NCBI GenBank assembly: GCA_036453165.1
Contig: JAZHVR010000013.1
Coordinates: 19,821 to 83,820 of the forward strand
DNA length: 64,000 bases
Source: Eubacteriales bacterium
GTDB taxonomy: Bacteria; Bacillota; Clostridia; Lachnospirales; Lachnospiraceae
Direction: 5' to 3'
Part shown: one piece after another, positions 1 through 10,800 of the stretch
How the letters are laid out: each line of letters begins with the position of its first letter
How positions within the stretch are numbered: position 1 is the first letter of the stretch
Notes under the pieces: model-generated
Database searches by the model: none
What the model saw: only the letters and a program-made list of their open reading frames with translations
What the model was told of the DNA's origin: nothing
Program-made: the position numbers and the translations under genes

Positions 1-23
1 ACAGACCGTATTCGTTGCGAGAA

Positions 24-153
24 CGCGCAATGGTTTTCAGACGCGACATCCGCAAGCGTCGGTGCTTAACGAACCCAACCAGAGGGAAGGGTGAGTTTAT
101 GCACCGCTACGCTGAGGACAAGCGAGAGCGCGTCGCGGATGAAAGCCTTGCGC
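24..153 (+). repeat. Dispersed nested palindromic element, copy 1 (module A + short insert + module B)
   Basis: Contains TTTTCAGACGCGACATCCGCAAGCGTCGGTGCT (from 34) and GCACCGCTACGCTGAGGACAAGCGAGAGCGCGTCGCGGATGAAA (101-144), which recur at 9519-9650 (minus), 38041-38173 and 46838-47071. Confidence 0.85.
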
Positions 154-300
154 GCAAGTGTTGCAGGCGGATACCCCCTGCCTTCGGGAGAACACAGCCC
201 GGAAGTATTGGAAATGCACTTAAGTGGCAGAAATTGTGCATTTGTGCTTGCAATACACAAAATAAGGTGTTAAGGTTACAAGGTAATAGTTGACTAAAGC

Positions 301-326
301 AAGAGTGGGCCGAGAGGTCCGCTCTT
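301..326 (+). promoter_or_regulatory. Hairpin in the rimP leader
   Basis: AAGAGTGGGC...GTCCGCTCTT pairs using G-U wobbles, just upstream of rimP. Confidence 0.4.
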
Positions 327-348
327 GTTCGTTGTATGGGGTAATAAT

Positions 349-816
349 TTGAGCAGAAAAGGAGACATTGAACAGAAAGCAGAAGCTCTGCTGATTCCTC
401 TGCTGGAGGGAAAGTATGAATTTGTGGATCTGGAATACGTAAAGGAAGCGGGAACCTGGTATCTCCGCGCGTACTGTGACAAGGAAGGCGGTATCACGAT
501 CGATGATTGTGAGCTGATCAGCCGCGCTTTTGAGAAAAAACTGGATGAGGCTGATTTTATCAGTGACGCCTACATCCTGGAAGTGAGTTCACCGGGGCTC
601 GGCCGCCCGTTGAAAAAGGAGCGGGATTATAAGAGAGCTCTCGGACAGCGCGTTGAAGTTCATACGTACAAGATCATCGATCATGAGAAGAGCTTTACCG
701 GAGTACTGAAATCGTATGATGACGACACAGTGACACTGGAGCTCGATGATGACGGCGGAGAAAAGGTTTTTAACCGGGCCGATATCTCGCTGATCCGCAT
801 GGCTTTTGACTGGTAA
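349..816 (+). CDS. rimP: Ribosome maturation factor RimP
   Basis: Motifs YLRAYCDKEGGITIDDC and YILEVSSPGLGRPL; first gene of the nusA-infB operon; TTG start at 349 preferred over the track start at 325. Confidence 0.95.
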   Translation: MSRKGDIEQKAEALLIPLLEGKYEFVDLEYVKEAGTWYLRAYCDKEGGITIDDCELISRAFEKKLDEADFISDAYILEVSSPGLGRPLKKERDYKRALGQRVEVHTYKIIDHEKSFTGVLKSYDDDTVTLELDDDGGEKVFNRADISLIRMAFDW

Positions 817-876
817 AAATGATTCTTAAAATATAAAGCGATAATTAGTTAGACACAGGAGGACGAGTAAAAAAAG

Positions 877-2181
877 ATGCGTGCAAAGAAGAAAACCGAA
901 CCGCAGGAAAATATGGTTGAGGTACTGAGTATTCTTGAGAAGGAAAAAGGAATCAGTAAGGATACACTGCTCGAGGCCATTAAACAGTCTCTGCTTCAGG
1001 CATATAAAAATCAGTATGACCGCCAGGATAATGTGGTCGTAGATATCGATGAGGATACCTGCGTTCCGCACATCTATCAGCTTCGCAAGGTCGTTGAAAA
1101 TGTTGAGGATCCGACGGGAGAGATCGCAAAAGATGCGGCACTTCAGTACAATTCACAGGCTGACATCGGCGATACAATCCGTATCGAGCTCGATTCAAAA
1201 AAATTCGGACGTATTGCGGCGAGCAATGCGAAGAACGTCATCCTTCAGAAGATCCGCGAAGAGGAGAGAAATTCTCTTTACAATGAATATGCTGAGAAAC
1301 AGGGCCATGTGATCACGGGCGTTGTTCAGCGCTATATCGGCAACAATGTGAGCATCAACCTCGGAAAGGCCGATGCGCTTCTCACAGCGAAGGAAATGGT
1401 GAGGGGAGAAAGCTTTAAGCCGACGGACCGCGTGAAGGTATATGTTACGGAAGTCAAGAATACGCCGAAGGGACCGAAGATCCTTGTGTCCCGGACGCAT
1501 CCGAACCTTGTCAAATGCCTCTTTGAAGAGGAGGTTGCGGAGATTCAGAACGGTATTATCGAGATCAAGGCAATCGCACGTGAGGCTGGTTCCAGAACAA
1601 AGATTGCTGTGTGGTCGAATGATGAAAACGTTGACGCTGTCGGTGCCTGCGTCGGTGTAAACGGAAGCAGGGTTAACACCATTGTTGATGAGCTTGACGG
1701 CGAGAAAATTGATATTATCAACTGGGATGAGAATGAGGCATATCTGATCGAGAATGCGCTTTCTCCGGCAAAAGTCATCTCGGTTCTTGCAGATCCCGAT
1801 GAAAAGACGGCTATCGTCGTTGTTCCGGATTATCAGCTGTCTCTGGCCATCGGCAAGGAAGGACAGAATGCCCGCCTCGCTGCTCATCTTACAAACTACA
1901 AGATCGATATCAAGAGTGAGACGCAGGCAAGAGAAGCCGGTCTGTTTGATGAGTACGATGAGAACGGCGAGTATATTGAAGATGAGGATTCAGCTGATGA
2001 CGCTGCTTCTGATGAGGATGCAGCACCGGCTGAGGACGCCGCTTCTGATGAGGATGCAGCACCGGCTGAGGACGCTGCTTCTGAAGAAGACGCAGCATCC
2101 GCTGATGAAGATACACCTGAAGAGGAGACCGCGGAAGAAGATCCAGAGGAAGCTCCGGATGACGATGAGGAGAATTCCTGA
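877..2181 (+). CDS. nusA: Transcription termination/antitermination factor NusA with acidic C-terminal tail
   Basis: Motifs FGRIAASNAKNVILQKIREEER, IAREAGSRTKIAV and LSLAIGKEGQNARLAA. Confidence 0.98.
   Translation: MRAKKKTEPQENMVEVLSILEKEKGISKDTLLEAIKQSLLQAYKNQYDRQDNVVVDIDEDTCVPHIYQLRKVVENVEDPTGEIAKDAALQYNSQADIGDTIRIELDSKKFGRIAASNAKNVILQKIREEERNSLYNEYAEKQGHVITGVVQRYIGNNVSINLGKADALLTAKEMVRGESFKPTDRVKVYVTEVKNTPKGPKILVSRTHPNLVKCLFEEEVAEIQNGIIEIKAIAREAGSRTKIAVWSNDENVDAVGACVGVNGSRVNTIVDELDGEKIDIINWDENEAYLIENALSPAKVISVLADPDEKTAIVVVPDYQLSLAIGKEGQNARLAAHLTNYKIDIKSETQAREAGLFDEYDENGEYIEDEDSADDAASDEDAAPAEDAASDEDAAPAEDAASEEDAASADEDTPEEETAEEDPEEAPDDDEENS
1999..2106 (+). repeat. 36-bp in-frame tandem repeat, 3 copies (DAASDEDAAPAE) in the nusA tail
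   Basis: GACGCTGCTTCTGATGAGGATGCAGCACCGGCTGAG-like units at 1999, 2035 and 2071. Confidence 0.9.
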
Positions 2182-2250
2182 TCAGGCTTATTCCGTTTGA
2201 ATAAACCTTCCGCAATGCAGATTTTTTCAGATAGAAACGGAGACGATGGA

Positions 2251-2523
2251 TTGAGCAGCAGTCGTAGCGTCCCAATGCGTACTTGTGTGGGATGTCGGGA
2301 AAAGAAAGCAAAAAAAGAGCTGGCGAGAGTGGTCAGGAAACCAGATGGTACGATTGTTTATGATACCACTGGAAGGCAGAACGGACGTGGTGCATATCTG
2401 TGTCACAATATCGAATGCCTTAAGAAGGCAGAAAAAAGTCATTCCCTCGAACGTGCCCTGGGCGTCAGCATACCGCCGGAGGTTTACGCAGATCTGGAGA
2501 AAGAGGCGGCGAAAGGTGGCTGA
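2251..2523 (+). CDS. rnpM: YlxR family protein (RNase P modulator RnpM)
   Basis: Motifs PMRTCVGCRE and GRGAYLCHNIECL; position after nusA; TTG start with GGAG ribosome-binding site. Confidence 0.9.
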   Translation: MSSSRSVPMRTCVGCREKKAKKELARVVRKPDGTIVYDTTGRQNGRGAYLCHNIECLKKAEKSHSLERALGVSIPPEVYADLEKEAAKGG

Positions 2524-2830
2524 GAACAGAGCTTATTCTATGATAGGTATCGCCAGGAAGGCCGGAATGACGGCCAGTGGCGGTTATGCGGTTGAAGAGG
2601 CGATACATGCCGGAAAGGCAAAGCTTCTGATCATCGCGGAGGATGCATCTGATAACACGGTAAAAAAGTTCACAGATATGGCGGCGTTTTATCATGTGCG
2701 CGTGATCCGTTTTTCTAACAAAACAGATCTGGGGCGCGCTGTTGGTACCGGAAGCAGATCCTGTATTGTAATAAAGGATGAGGGGCTTGCGGAAGCTGTC
2801 AAGAAACAGATAGAAAGGTCGGTGTTATAG
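2516..2830 (+). CDS. L7Ae/L30e family RNA-binding protein (YlxQ-like)
   Basis: Motifs [21 protein letters not shown] and DLGRAVG; located between ylxR and infB; GTG start at 2516. Confidence 0.9.
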   Translation: MAENRAYSMIGIARKAGMTASGGYAVEEAIHAGKAKLLIIAEDASDNTVKKFTDMAAFYHVRVIRFSNKTDLGRAVGTGSRSCIVIKDEGLAEAVKKQIERSVL

Positions 2831-2831
2831 T

Positions 2832-5800
2832 TTGGCAAAGATAAGGATACGGGATCTGGCGAAAGAACTTGGGGTTGAATCCAAGACGCTGCTGGATTTT
2901 ATTGAGAAAAAAGGAGTGAGTGGTAAAACTCCAGCCAGCGGTCTGGAAGAAGACCTCGAGGGAGACATCAGAAAAAATTTCGGCGGCAGTAAAAAGGAAG
3001 CCGGCGCATCAGCTGAGGAAGCGGGTACGGCATCTTCTGGGGACAAGAAGACAGGCGAGAAGCCTGAGGCGGATAAAAAAGCTTCCGAACAGACAAATCC
3101 GGGTGAGAAACCGAAGAAGAAAAAACTCCTCGTTGTCATGCACAGAGAAAATGCTTCTTCCGGACGTGAGAGACGTGGTTTCCGTCAGGGAAATAGCGCT
3201 CAGGGGCGTGACAGAAGAAACAATGGTGCTTCCGGTTCTGCAAGAAGAGGACAGAATGAAAATGGCCGCAGAGGCCGTTTCGGCGGAAATACCGCTGGTT
3301 CCGAGAAACCTGACAGACCGCTTGTCTATAAACCGCGTCCGCACGGTGTTATCCGCAATGAGAATCCGAAGCCACCGGTGAGCAATGTGCCTGAAAGAAA
3401 GCCGGTTGTGGATCACAGCGAGGAGATTAAAAAGCAGCAGGCGATAGCTGAACAGGAAGCGGCAGCGAAGAAGGCCGCTGAAGAAGCTGCTGCAGAGGCT
3501 GCTGCAAAGGCTGCTGACGAGGCAGCAAAAAAGGCAGCAGAAGAGAAAGCTGCTGAGAGTGCACCTGCTGCAGCTGCGGCCCCGGCTGCGGAAAAACCTG
3601 CTGCGCAGGCGCAGAATCCGGCCAATGCAGAAGAAACAGGTAAGACTGTGTCTGCTGGTACCGCTGCGGCAGAAAACGCGCAGAATATCAGGAGAAACAG
3701 TGAGGTTTCTCACACTGATGCCTCCAGAACAGAGGGCAGAAAAGAATATCAGCCGAGAAACGACAGAAATAACGGCCAGGGAAGATCGTATGGCGACCGC
3801 GGCCATTACAATAATGGTCAGGGCGACCGCGGCCAGAGAAGCTATGGTGACAGACAGAACCGGAACGGTCAGGACCGTCAGGGCCATGGCGAGAGAAGCG
3901 GCCAGGGAAGATCATATGGCGATCACAATTCAAGATCTGGTCAGGGTGGACAGAACCGCCAGGGATTCGGCGCTGGAAGAAGAGGAAATTCTCAGTTTAA
4001 CAGAGACGGATCCGGAAGCGGACGCTTCGGCGGCCATACCGGCAGACCGGGTGCTGGACGCAATGATCACCGCGTTGCAGCTCCCGTTATGGAAAACGGA
4101 AACAAGAAAAACGGGCGTGACTCAAGAGGTCATGATAAGGACCGCGCAAAGGGAGATCTTCGCGGAAACAAGTTCACGAATGACAGCCGCAAGGGACGTC
4201 ACAGCAATAAGCAGATGATCCCGAAGGCATTGAAGAAGCCTGTTCACAAGAAGGACGAGAAGAAGGAAGAGAAAGTTACGGAAATCAAGATCGGAGATAA
4301 GCTGACGATCCGTGAGCTCGCGGAGAAGATGAAGATGAATCCTTCGACGATCGTAGCTGACCTTTTCATGAAGGGTGAGATGTATACCATCAATCAGGAG
4401 GTCGATTACGACAAGGCAGAAGAGATCGCTATGAATTATGATATTCTCTGCGAACACGAGGAGGCCGTTGATGTCATTGCAGAAATGCTGAAGGAAGATG
4501 AAGAGGATGAGAGCAAAATGGTTCCGCGTCCTCCGGTAGTCTGCGTCATGGGACATGTTGACCACGGTAAAACTTCACTTCTGGACTATATCCGCCATTC
4601 ACATGTGACTTCACGTGAGGCCGGCGGCATCACTCAGAATATCGGTGCTTACTGTGTAGAGACAAAGGGAAGAAAAATCACATTCCTCGATACACCTGGC
4701 CATGAGGCTTTCACAGCCATGCGTATGCGCGGTGCAAATTCTACCGATATCGCCGTACTCGTTGTCGCGGCGGATGATGGCGTTATGCCGCAGACGATTG
4801 AGGCGATTAACCACGCAAAAGCGGCAAATGTCGAGATTATCGTTGCTATTAACAAGATTGATAAGCCGGGAGCTAATCCGGACCGCGTAAAGCAGGAGCT
4901 GACGGAGTATGGACTTGTCGCTTCTGACTGGGGCGGCCAGACTGAGATGGTGGAGGTTTCAGCCAAGACCGGCCAGGGAATTGATGACCTGCTCGATACA
5001 ATTCTTCTGACGGCAGATATTCTTGAGCTGAAGGCAAATCCTGACCGTCTTGCACGTGGCCTTGTCCTCGAGGCACGACTTGACAAAGGAAAAGGCCCGG
5101 TTGCCAACCTTCTCGTTCAGAAGGGTACGCTTCATATCGGAGATTACATCGCCTGCGGTTCGGCTTCCGGAAAGGTCCGCGCGATGACAGATGAAAATGG
5201 AAAACTCGTCAGAGCGGCCGGCCCGTCTACACCTGTCGGTGTACAGGGCCTCAACGGTGTTCCGGATGCGGGCGAGATCCTTGTCGCAACGGAGACAGAT
5301 AAGGAAGCGAAAAATATCGCAGCTGCATATATCAATGAGCATAAGAACAAACTTCTTGAGGAGACCAAGTCCAGGATGTCGCTCGACGCGCTGTTTGATC
5401 AGATCAAGGACGGCTCTGTCAAGGAACTTGAACTTGTCGTAAAGGCCGATGTACAGGGTTCCGTTGAAGCACTGAAGCAGGCGCTCGAGAAACTGTCGAA
5501 CGATGAGGTTGTTATCAAGATCATCCACGGCGGTGTCGGTGCGATCAACGAGTCGGATGTCTCCCTGGCAGCGGCATCCAATGCCATTGTCATTGGATTT
5601 AATGTCCGTCCGGATCAGACGGCAAAGGCACTTGCGGAAGAGCAGAAGGTCGATATCCGTCTGTACAGAGTCATCTATCAGGCAATTGACGATATCACAG
5701 CGGCCATGAACGGAATGCTTGAGCCTGTATATGAAGAGAAGGTCATCGGACATGCTGAAGTCCGCCAGATCTTCAAGGCATCAGGCGTCGGCGCTATTGC

Positions 5801-6026
5801 AGGAAGCTATGTTCTTGACGGAAGCATCCAGCGCAACAGCAAGGTCCGTGTCTTCCGCGGCGACGATCAGATTTTTGAAGGAGAAATGGCCAGTCTGAAG
5901 CGTTTCAAAGATGATGTGAAGGAAGTCAAAGCAGGCTATGAGTGCGGTATTGTTGTCAACGGCTTCGCTGATTTTGCCGAGGGCGACCGCATTGAGGCTT
6001 ACATCATGGCTGAAGTGCCGAGGTGA
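2832..6026 (+). CDS. infB: Translation initiation factor IF-2
   Basis: Motifs [22 protein letters not shown] and AINKID; long low-complexity N-terminal region. Confidence 0.99.
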   Translation: MAKIRIRDLAKELGVESKTLLDFIEKKGVSGKTPASGLEEDLEGDIRKNFGGSKKEAGASAEEAGTASSGDKKTGEKPEADKKASEQTNPGEKPKKKKLLVVMHRENASSGRERRGFRQGNSAQGRDRRNNGASGSARRGQNENGRRGRFGGNTAGSEKPDRPLVYKPRPHGVIRNENPKPPVSNVPERKPVVDHSEEIKKQQAIAEQEAAAKKAAEEAAAEAAAKAADEAAKKAAEEKAAESAPAAAAAPAAEKPAAQAQNPANAEETGKTVSAGTAAAENAQNIRRNSEVSHTDASRTEGRKEYQPRNDRNNGQGRSYGDRGHYNNGQGDRGQRSYGDRQNRNGQDRQGHGERSGQGRSYGDHNSRSGQGGQNRQGFGAGRRGNSQFNRDGSGSGRFGGHTGRPGAGRNDHRVAAPVMENGNKKNGRDSRGHDKDRAKGDLRGNKFTNDSRKGRHSNKQMIPKALKKPVHKKDEKKEEKVTEIKIGDKLTIRELAEKMKMNPSTIVADLFMKGEMYTINQEVDYDKAEEIAMNYDILCEHEEAVDVIAEMLKEDEEDESKMVPRPPVVCVMGHVDHGKTSLLDYIRHSHVTSREAGGITQNIGAYCVETKGRKITFLDTPGHEAFTAMRMRGANSTDIAVLVVAADDGVMPQTIEAINHAKAANVEIIVAINKIDKPGANPDRVKQELTEYGLVASDWGGQTEMVEVSAKTGQGIDDLLDTILLTADILELKANPDRLARGLVLEARLDKGKGPVANLLVQKGTLHIGDYIACGSASGKVRAMTDENGKLVRAAGPSTPVGVQGLNGVPDAGEILVATETDKEAKNIAAAYINEHKNKLLEETKSRMSLDALFDQIKDGSVKELELVVKADVQGSVEALKQALEKLSNDEVVIKIIHGGVGAINESDVSLAAASNAIVIGFNVRPDQTAKALAEEQKVDIRLYRVIYQAIDDITAAMNGMLEPVYEEKVIGHAEVRQIFKASGVGAIAGSYVLDGSIQRNSKVRVFRGDDQIFEGEMASLKRFKDDVKEVKAGYECGIVVNGFADFAEGDRIEAYIMAEVPR

Positions 6027-6065
6027 TCTTCCAGCTTTCAGAAGCGCGGAGCGGAGGCATACAGT

Positions 6066-6458
6066 ATGAGAAAAAACAGTATAAAAAACACAAGGATCAA
6101 TGAGGCAGTAAAGGAAGAACTGAGCAATATCATCCGCAATGAGGTGAAAGACCCGAGAATTGCGATGATGACCAGCGTGACAAGCGCTGTCGTTGCGACA
6201 GATCTGAAGACCTGCAAGGTTATGATCAGTGTTCTCGGAGATAAGAAGGCAAAGGAAGATACGATGAAGGGGCTTGAGAGCTCCGCAGGTTTTATCCGGC
6301 ATGAGCTTGCGCAGAACCTTAATCTGCGCAATACGCCGGAGCTGATCTTCCGGCTTGATGAGTCGATTGAATACGGTGTGAACATGTCACACCGCATTGA
6401 TGAGGTTCTGGCTGAGGACAGAAGAAAACACGAGGAAAACATAGAGGAAAATACATGA
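6066..6458 (+). CDS. rbfA: 30S ribosome-binding factor A
   Basis: Motifs KDPRI and LRNTPELIFRLDESIEYG; follows infB. Confidence 0.97.
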   Translation: MRKNSIKNTRINEAVKEELSNIIRNEVKDPRIAMMTSVTSAVVATDLKTCKVMISVLGDKKAKEDTMKGLESSAGFIRHELAQNLNLRNTPELIFRLDESIEYGVNMSHRIDEVLAEDRRKHEENIEENT

Positions 6459-7429
6459 GTTTAGGGAATATCAGAGATTATCTGGACGGAGTGAAGACGG
6501 TTGCGATCGCCGGTCACGTGAATCCGGACGGCGACTGCGTCGGATCCACCATGGGAATGATGCTGTATCTGAAGTCCAATTTTCCCGAAATCAGAGCTGA
6601 CGTTTACCTGGAGAACCTGCGCGATGAATTCCGTTTCATCGAAGATTCTGACAAGATCCGCATGGAGCTTGACGAGGTAAAGCCATATGACCTGATCATT
6701 CTGCTTGATATCAGCAGCCGCGACCGGATCGGTGTAATTCAGCCGCTGCTGCCGCTCGCCGGGAAAATCCTCTGTTTTGATCACCACGTGACGAACAAGG
6801 AATCTTATACCTGGCTCTGGAATTACCCGGAGATGAGTTCCACATCTGAGGTTATCTACCATTACATGGAGCCGGATCTGATCTCGGAAAAGTGCGCAGA
6901 AGCTCTTTACATGGGGATCGCACATGACACAGGGATCTTTCAGTATTCAAGCACGTCGCCGACGACTATGCGGGTAGCTGCAAATCTGATGGAAAAAGGA
7001 ATCCCGTTCAGCAAAATCGTCGATGACACGTATTATCAGAAGACGTATGTTCAGAATCAGATCATGGGGCGTACGATCATGGAATCCATCCTTGTTTTTG
7101 ACGGAAAGCTGATCATCGGATACGTCAAGAACAAAGATATGGCGTTCTACGGCGTCGGTCCGAAGGATATGGACGGAATCGTGAATTCGCTGAGAAACAC
7201 GATCGGCGTTGAGGTCGCGATTTTTATGTATGAGAAGGAGCCTTCCATATGGAAGGTAAGTCTGCGCTCGAAGTCTTATGTAGATGTGAGCGCGGTAGCC
7301 GAAAAGTTCCAGGGAGGCGGGCATGTGCGCGCCGCGGGGTGCACGATGAACGGCTCTCAGTATGATGTCATCAATAATCTCACCTGTTATCTTGAGAAAG
7401 ACCTGGCACCTAAGGAACAGCAGGAATGA
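6455..7429 (+). CDS. nrnA: DHH/DHHA1 family phosphoesterase (NrnA-like oligoribonuclease/pAp phosphatase)
   Basis: Motifs HVNPDGDCVGS, FDHH and GGGHVRAAG. Confidence 0.9.
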   Translation: MSLGNIRDYLDGVKTVAIAGHVNPDGDCVGSTMGMMLYLKSNFPEIRADVYLENLRDEFRFIEDSDKIRMELDEVKPYDLIILLDISSRDRIGVIQPLLPLAGKILCFDHHVTNKESYTWLWNYPEMSSTSEVIYHYMEPDLISEKCAEALYMGIAHDTGIFQYSSTSPTTMRVAANLMEKGIPFSKIVDDTYYQKTYVQNQIMGRTIMESILVFDGKLIIGYVKNKDMAFYGVGPKDMDGIVNSLRNTIGVEVAIFMYEKEPSIWKVSLRSKSYVDVSAVAEKFQGGGHVRAAGCTMNGSQYDVINNLTCYLEKDLAPKEQQE

Positions 7430-7487
7430 CCTGGTAAACATTTTTAAGATTCGTTTATCTGAACAGCATACATTTAGTTAAACAGAT

Positions 7488-8486
7488 ATGATTAATGGAG
7501 TAATTAACGTTTATAAGGAAGCTGGTTATACCAGCCATGATGTCGTCGCAAAACTGCGGGGCATCGTACATCAGAAGAGGATCGGTCACACGGGGACGCT
7601 CGATCCGGGCGCTGTCGGCGTACTTCCTGTATGCCTCGGGAAGGCGACGAGGGTGACCGATATCCTGACAGATGAGACGAAGACTTACGAAGCTGTCATG
7701 CTGCTCGGCGTTGACACGGACACACAGGATGCGTCCGGAAAGGTGCTGTCAACCAGTAAAGTAACATGCACCGAGGATGAGATCCGCGCTGTTCTGAAAA
7801 GCTTCGAGGGCGATCAGATGCAGATTCCGCCCATGTATTCGGCTCTGAAAGTAAACGGGAAAAAGCTTTATGAGCTCGCACGGGAGGGCAAGACCGTCGA
7901 GAGAAAGGCGCGCCCTGTACATTTTTATGAGATCCGTGCGCTGTCTTTCGACCTGCCGAGAGTGACGATGCGAGTCTCCTGTTCCAGAGGAACCTATATC
8001 CGCACACTCTGCCATGATATCGGTGAGAAACTCGGGTGCGGTGCCTGCATGGAACGTCTCACAAGAACAAGAGTCGGAATCTTTAAGGAGGCTGATGCCT
8101 TTACACTCGGGCGGATCGAAGAGATCGCAAAAGAGGGAAGACTGAAGGACATCCTGATTCCGACGGACCAGGTTTTCCGCGATGTACCCTCCGTATCAAC
8201 GAGAGACAAGGGAGATATCCTGGCACATAATGGAAATAAAATACCGGCTGAAATGATCAGCGAATTTGTCACGAATATCCCATTTACCGGGGAGATGCGT
8301 GTATACGATTCGGTCGGGATCTTTTCAGGACTTTATCGTGTCGATGAGGAACAGAAAATCCTTGTCCCGCTTAAAATATTTTATGACTCAGAAGAAAGCA
8401 TACCAGAGGTCGCTCCTTACGCAGAATTCTGCGGAGCCTCTGAGGGGGAAGGATTGGATATGATCAAACCGGAATCGGACAGCTGA
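7488..8486 (+). CDS. truB: tRNA pseudouridine(55) synthase
   Basis: Motifs IGHTGTLDPGAVGVL, QIPPMYSALK and GTYIRTLCHD. Confidence 0.97.
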   Translation: MINGVINVYKEAGYTSHDVVAKLRGIVHQKRIGHTGTLDPGAVGVLPVCLGKATRVTDILTDETKTYEAVMLLGVDTDTQDASGKVLSTSKVTCTEDEIRAVLKSFEGDQMQIPPMYSALKVNGKKLYELAREGKTVERKARPVHFYEIRALSFDLPRVTMRVSCSRGTYIRTLCHDIGEKLGCGACMERLTRTRVGIFKEADAFTLGRIEEIAKEGRLKDILIPTDQVFRDVPSVSTRDKGDILAHNGNKIPAEMISEFVTNIPFTGEMRVYDSVGIFSGLYRVDEEQKILVPLKIFYDSEESIPEVAPYAEFCGASEGEGLDMIKPESDS

Positions 8487-8513
8487 CCGCCGGTCTGACC
8501 AGTATATCTTCTT

Positions 8514-9440
8514 ATGGAATACATCAAAGACATAAAAAGTTTTTATTCAAAACAGAATACTGCGCTGACGCTCGGGAAGTTTGACGGCGTTCACAGGGGA
8601 CACCGTAAGCTGATCTCCCGGATCCATGAGATCGCCCGTGAGAAGGACTGGAATACGGCGGTCTTTACCTTCGATGTGGCGCCGCAGGTATTCATGGGCG
8701 CGCGCCCTCAGAAAATGCTCATGACAAACAAAGAGCGTGCGGAGATCATGCGTGAGCTCAACGTTGATACACTCGTTGAATGTCCATTCACGGATGAGCT
8801 CAGATCCATGGAGGCTGAGGATTTCGTCAGGGAGATCATTGTCGGCCATCTCCACGCAAAAGCCGTCGTCGTCGGAACGGATTTCCATTTTGGGAAAAAT
8901 CGCGGCGGCTCCCCGGAATTCCTTGAGAGCGTGTCCGGGAAATACGGCTTTGATACCTTCGTGATAGAAAAAGAAAAGGATGGGGACCGGGATATCAGCA
9001 GTACTTATATCAGGGAAGAACTGGCGAAGGGCAATATCCGCAAAGTCGGTGAGCTTCTCGGGTATCCCTATTTCATCACCGGATTGATTCTGCACGGCCG
9101 CCGGCTCGGCAGAACGCTCGGCTTTCCGACCATCAACCAGATCCCCGAGCCGCAAAAGATGCTTCCGCCCAACGGTGTCTATTTCTCAAGAACACTTGTC
9201 GGCGGCCGCATGTACCAGGGAATCACCAATATCGGAACAAAGCCGACCGTGAACGGAGATGCTCTCGGCGTCGAGACCTATCTGTTCGACTGCAGCCTCG
9301 ATCTGTACGATCAGAACGCGCGCGTCGAACTTCTCGAATACCGCCGTCCGGAAGTGCGCTTCAGCTCCGTCAGTGAACTCAAAGCGCAGGTCGACCGCGA
9401 CATCGAGGCCGCCGACCTGTACTTCCAGCCGCAGAGCTGA
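8514..9440 (+). CDS. ribF: Bifunctional riboflavin kinase/FAD synthetase
   Basis: Motifs LGKFDGVHRGH, ISSTYIRE and GRTLGFPTIN. Confidence 0.97.
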   Translation: MEYIKDIKSFYSKQNTALTLGKFDGVHRGHRKLISRIHEIAREKDWNTAVFTFDVAPQVFMGARPQKMLMTNKERAEIMRELNVDTLVECPFTDELRSMEAEDFVREIIVGHLHAKAVVVGTDFHFGKNRGGSPEFLESVSGKYGFDTFVIEKEKDGDRDISSTYIREELAKGNIRKVGELLGYPYFITGLILHGRRLGRTLGFPTINQIPEPQKMLPPNGVYFSRTLVGGRMYQGITNIGTKPTVNGDALGVETYLFDCSLDLYDQNARVELLEYRRPEVRFSSVSELKAQVDRDIEAADLYFQPQS

Positions 9441-9487
9441 GAATCCTTCAACCGATTCCAAAGCGGATAACCTTCTGCAGGATTTGA

Positions 9488-9685
9488 GGATACAGTGGCC
9501 TTCCGCCCACTAAGCTAATGCGCAAGGTTTTCATCCGCGACGCGCTCTCGCTTGTCCTCAGCGTAGCGGTGCTAGACTCACCCTTCCCTACGGTCGGGTT
9601 TGTCAAGCGCCGACGCTTGCGGATGTCGCGTCTGAAAGCCTTGCGCAAATCTCAGGCGTGTGCGGGCTGGAAGGCCACTGTATCC
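9488..9685 (-). repeat. Dispersed nested palindromic element, copy 2, with 17-bp perfect terminal inverted repeat
   Basis: GGATACAGTGGCCTTCC (9488-9504) and GGAAGGCCACTGTATCC (9669-9685) enclose reverse-complemented modules A and B. Confidence 0.88.
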
Positions 9686-9711
9686 AATATGCTGTGGAAG
9701 TTTACCGCGTC

Positions 9712-9740
9712 TTGACTGTAAAACTTTAGAGTGCTAAAAT
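9712..9740 (+). promoter_or_regulatory. Sigma70-type promoter of yerC-hisH-hisF, with a palindromic operator candidate over the -10 box
   Basis: TTGACT-17 bp-TAAAAT with extended -10 TG; ACTTTA-N6-TAAAAT at 9723-9740. Confidence 0.65.
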
Positions 9741-9779
9741 CGACCTGTATTTGATGTTTACGTAAATCGGGGGTGCTAT

Positions 9780-10091
9780 ATGAGCAAGGATATTCACACC
9801 GAGGCGGTCGATCAGCTCTTTGAAGCTATTCTGACGCTGAACAGCGTTGAGGACTGCTATACATTTTTCGAAGACGCATGTACGATCAATGAGATCCTCT
9901 CCCTCTCACAGCGGTTTGAGGTCGCGAGGATGCTCAGGGACAAGAAGACGTATCTTGATATTTCAAAAAAGACAGGAGCGTCAACGGCGACGATCAGCCG
10001 TGTTAACAGGTCTCTTATCTATGGCAATGACGGATATGAAATGGTCCTGAAGCGCATGGATGAAAAGGGCACGGCGAAACCGGTCGATTAA
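9780..10091 (+). CDS. TrpR-like YerC/YecD family regulator (HisR candidate)
   Basis: Motifs SLSQRFEVARML and TGASTATISRVNRSL; upstream of hisH-hisF. Confidence 0.9.
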   Translation: MSKDIHTEAVDQLFEAILTLNSVEDCYTFFEDACTINEILSLSQRFEVARMLRDKKTYLDISKKTGASTATISRVNRSLIYGNDGYEMVLKRMDEKGTAKPVD

Positions 10092-10108
10092 CAGAATAGC
10101 CAGGTAAT

Positions 10109-10146
10109 GACCCGGCGACAGCTGTTTGCTGCCGGCCGGGTTTTTG
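10109..10146 (+). terminator. Terminator-like hairpin between yerC and hisH
   Basis: ACCCGGC...GCCGGGT followed by a T run. Confidence 0.5.
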
Positions 10147-10164
10147 CATATGAGGAGAGTAAAG

Positions 10165-10770
10165 ATGATAGCGATAATTGATTATGATGCCGGCAATATC
10201 AGGAGTGTTGAAAAAGCACTGATCTCGATCGGCGAGACAGCGGTGGTCACTCGCGAAGCGAGTGTTCTTCGCGCGGCGGACAAGGTGATCCTTCCCGGCG
10301 TCGGCGCGTTCGGTGACTGCATGAATAAACTGAATCAGTACGGACTGTCCGACGTGATCCGTGAGATCTGTGCATCTGGAAAACCTTTTCTCGGCATATG
10401 TCTCGGACTGCAGCTTCTTTTTGAAGACAGTGAGGAGAGCCCCGGAGTTCCCGGACTTGGAATCCTTAAGGGGCACGTACTCAGGATTCCCGACGGGGAA
10501 GGAAGAAAAATCCCCCACATGGGCTGGAATTCACTTCATCTCATGGGAAACGGCAGGCTGTTTAAGGATATCCCGGAGCAGTCCTACGTTTACTTCGTCC
10601 ATTCCTATTATCTGAAAGCGGATGATCCTTCGATCGTAAAGGCTACGACGGAATATGGCGTGACGATCGACGCATCCGTAGAACAGGGTAATGTTTTCGC
10701 TACACAGTTCCATCCGGAGAAGAGCTCCGATACAGGACTGAAGATTCTGAAAAATTTTGTGACGCTTTAA
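10165..10770 (+). CDS. hisH: Imidazole glycerol phosphate synthase, glutaminase subunit
   Basis: Motifs IIDYDAGNIRSV, LGICLGLQLL and QFHPEKS; ATG at 10165 after AGGAG. Confidence 0.97.
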   Translation: MIAIIDYDAGNIRSVEKALISIGETAVVTREASVLRAADKVILPGVGAFGDCMNKLNQYGLSDVIREICASGKPFLGICLGLQLLFEDSEESPGVPGLGILKGHVLRIPDGEGRKIPHMGWNSLHLMGNGRLFKDIPEQSYVYFVHSYYLKADDPSIVKATTEYGVTIDASVEQGNVFATQFHPEKSSDTGLKILKNFVTL

Positions 10771-10800
10771 ATGCCTGATGTTCCGCAGAGGAGATGTGTC

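Noticed and set aside
15-293. ORFs overlapping the repeat elements (also 9448-9715, 37779-38286, 46831-47384, 28183-28794)
   Set aside because: They share near-identical peptides only because they translate the same non-coding palindromic modules; no coding features.
9729-9737. CIRCE (HrcA) element, GAGTGCTAA
   Set aside because: Only the right half-site is present, the left arm TTAGCACTC is missing, and downstream genes are not chaperones.
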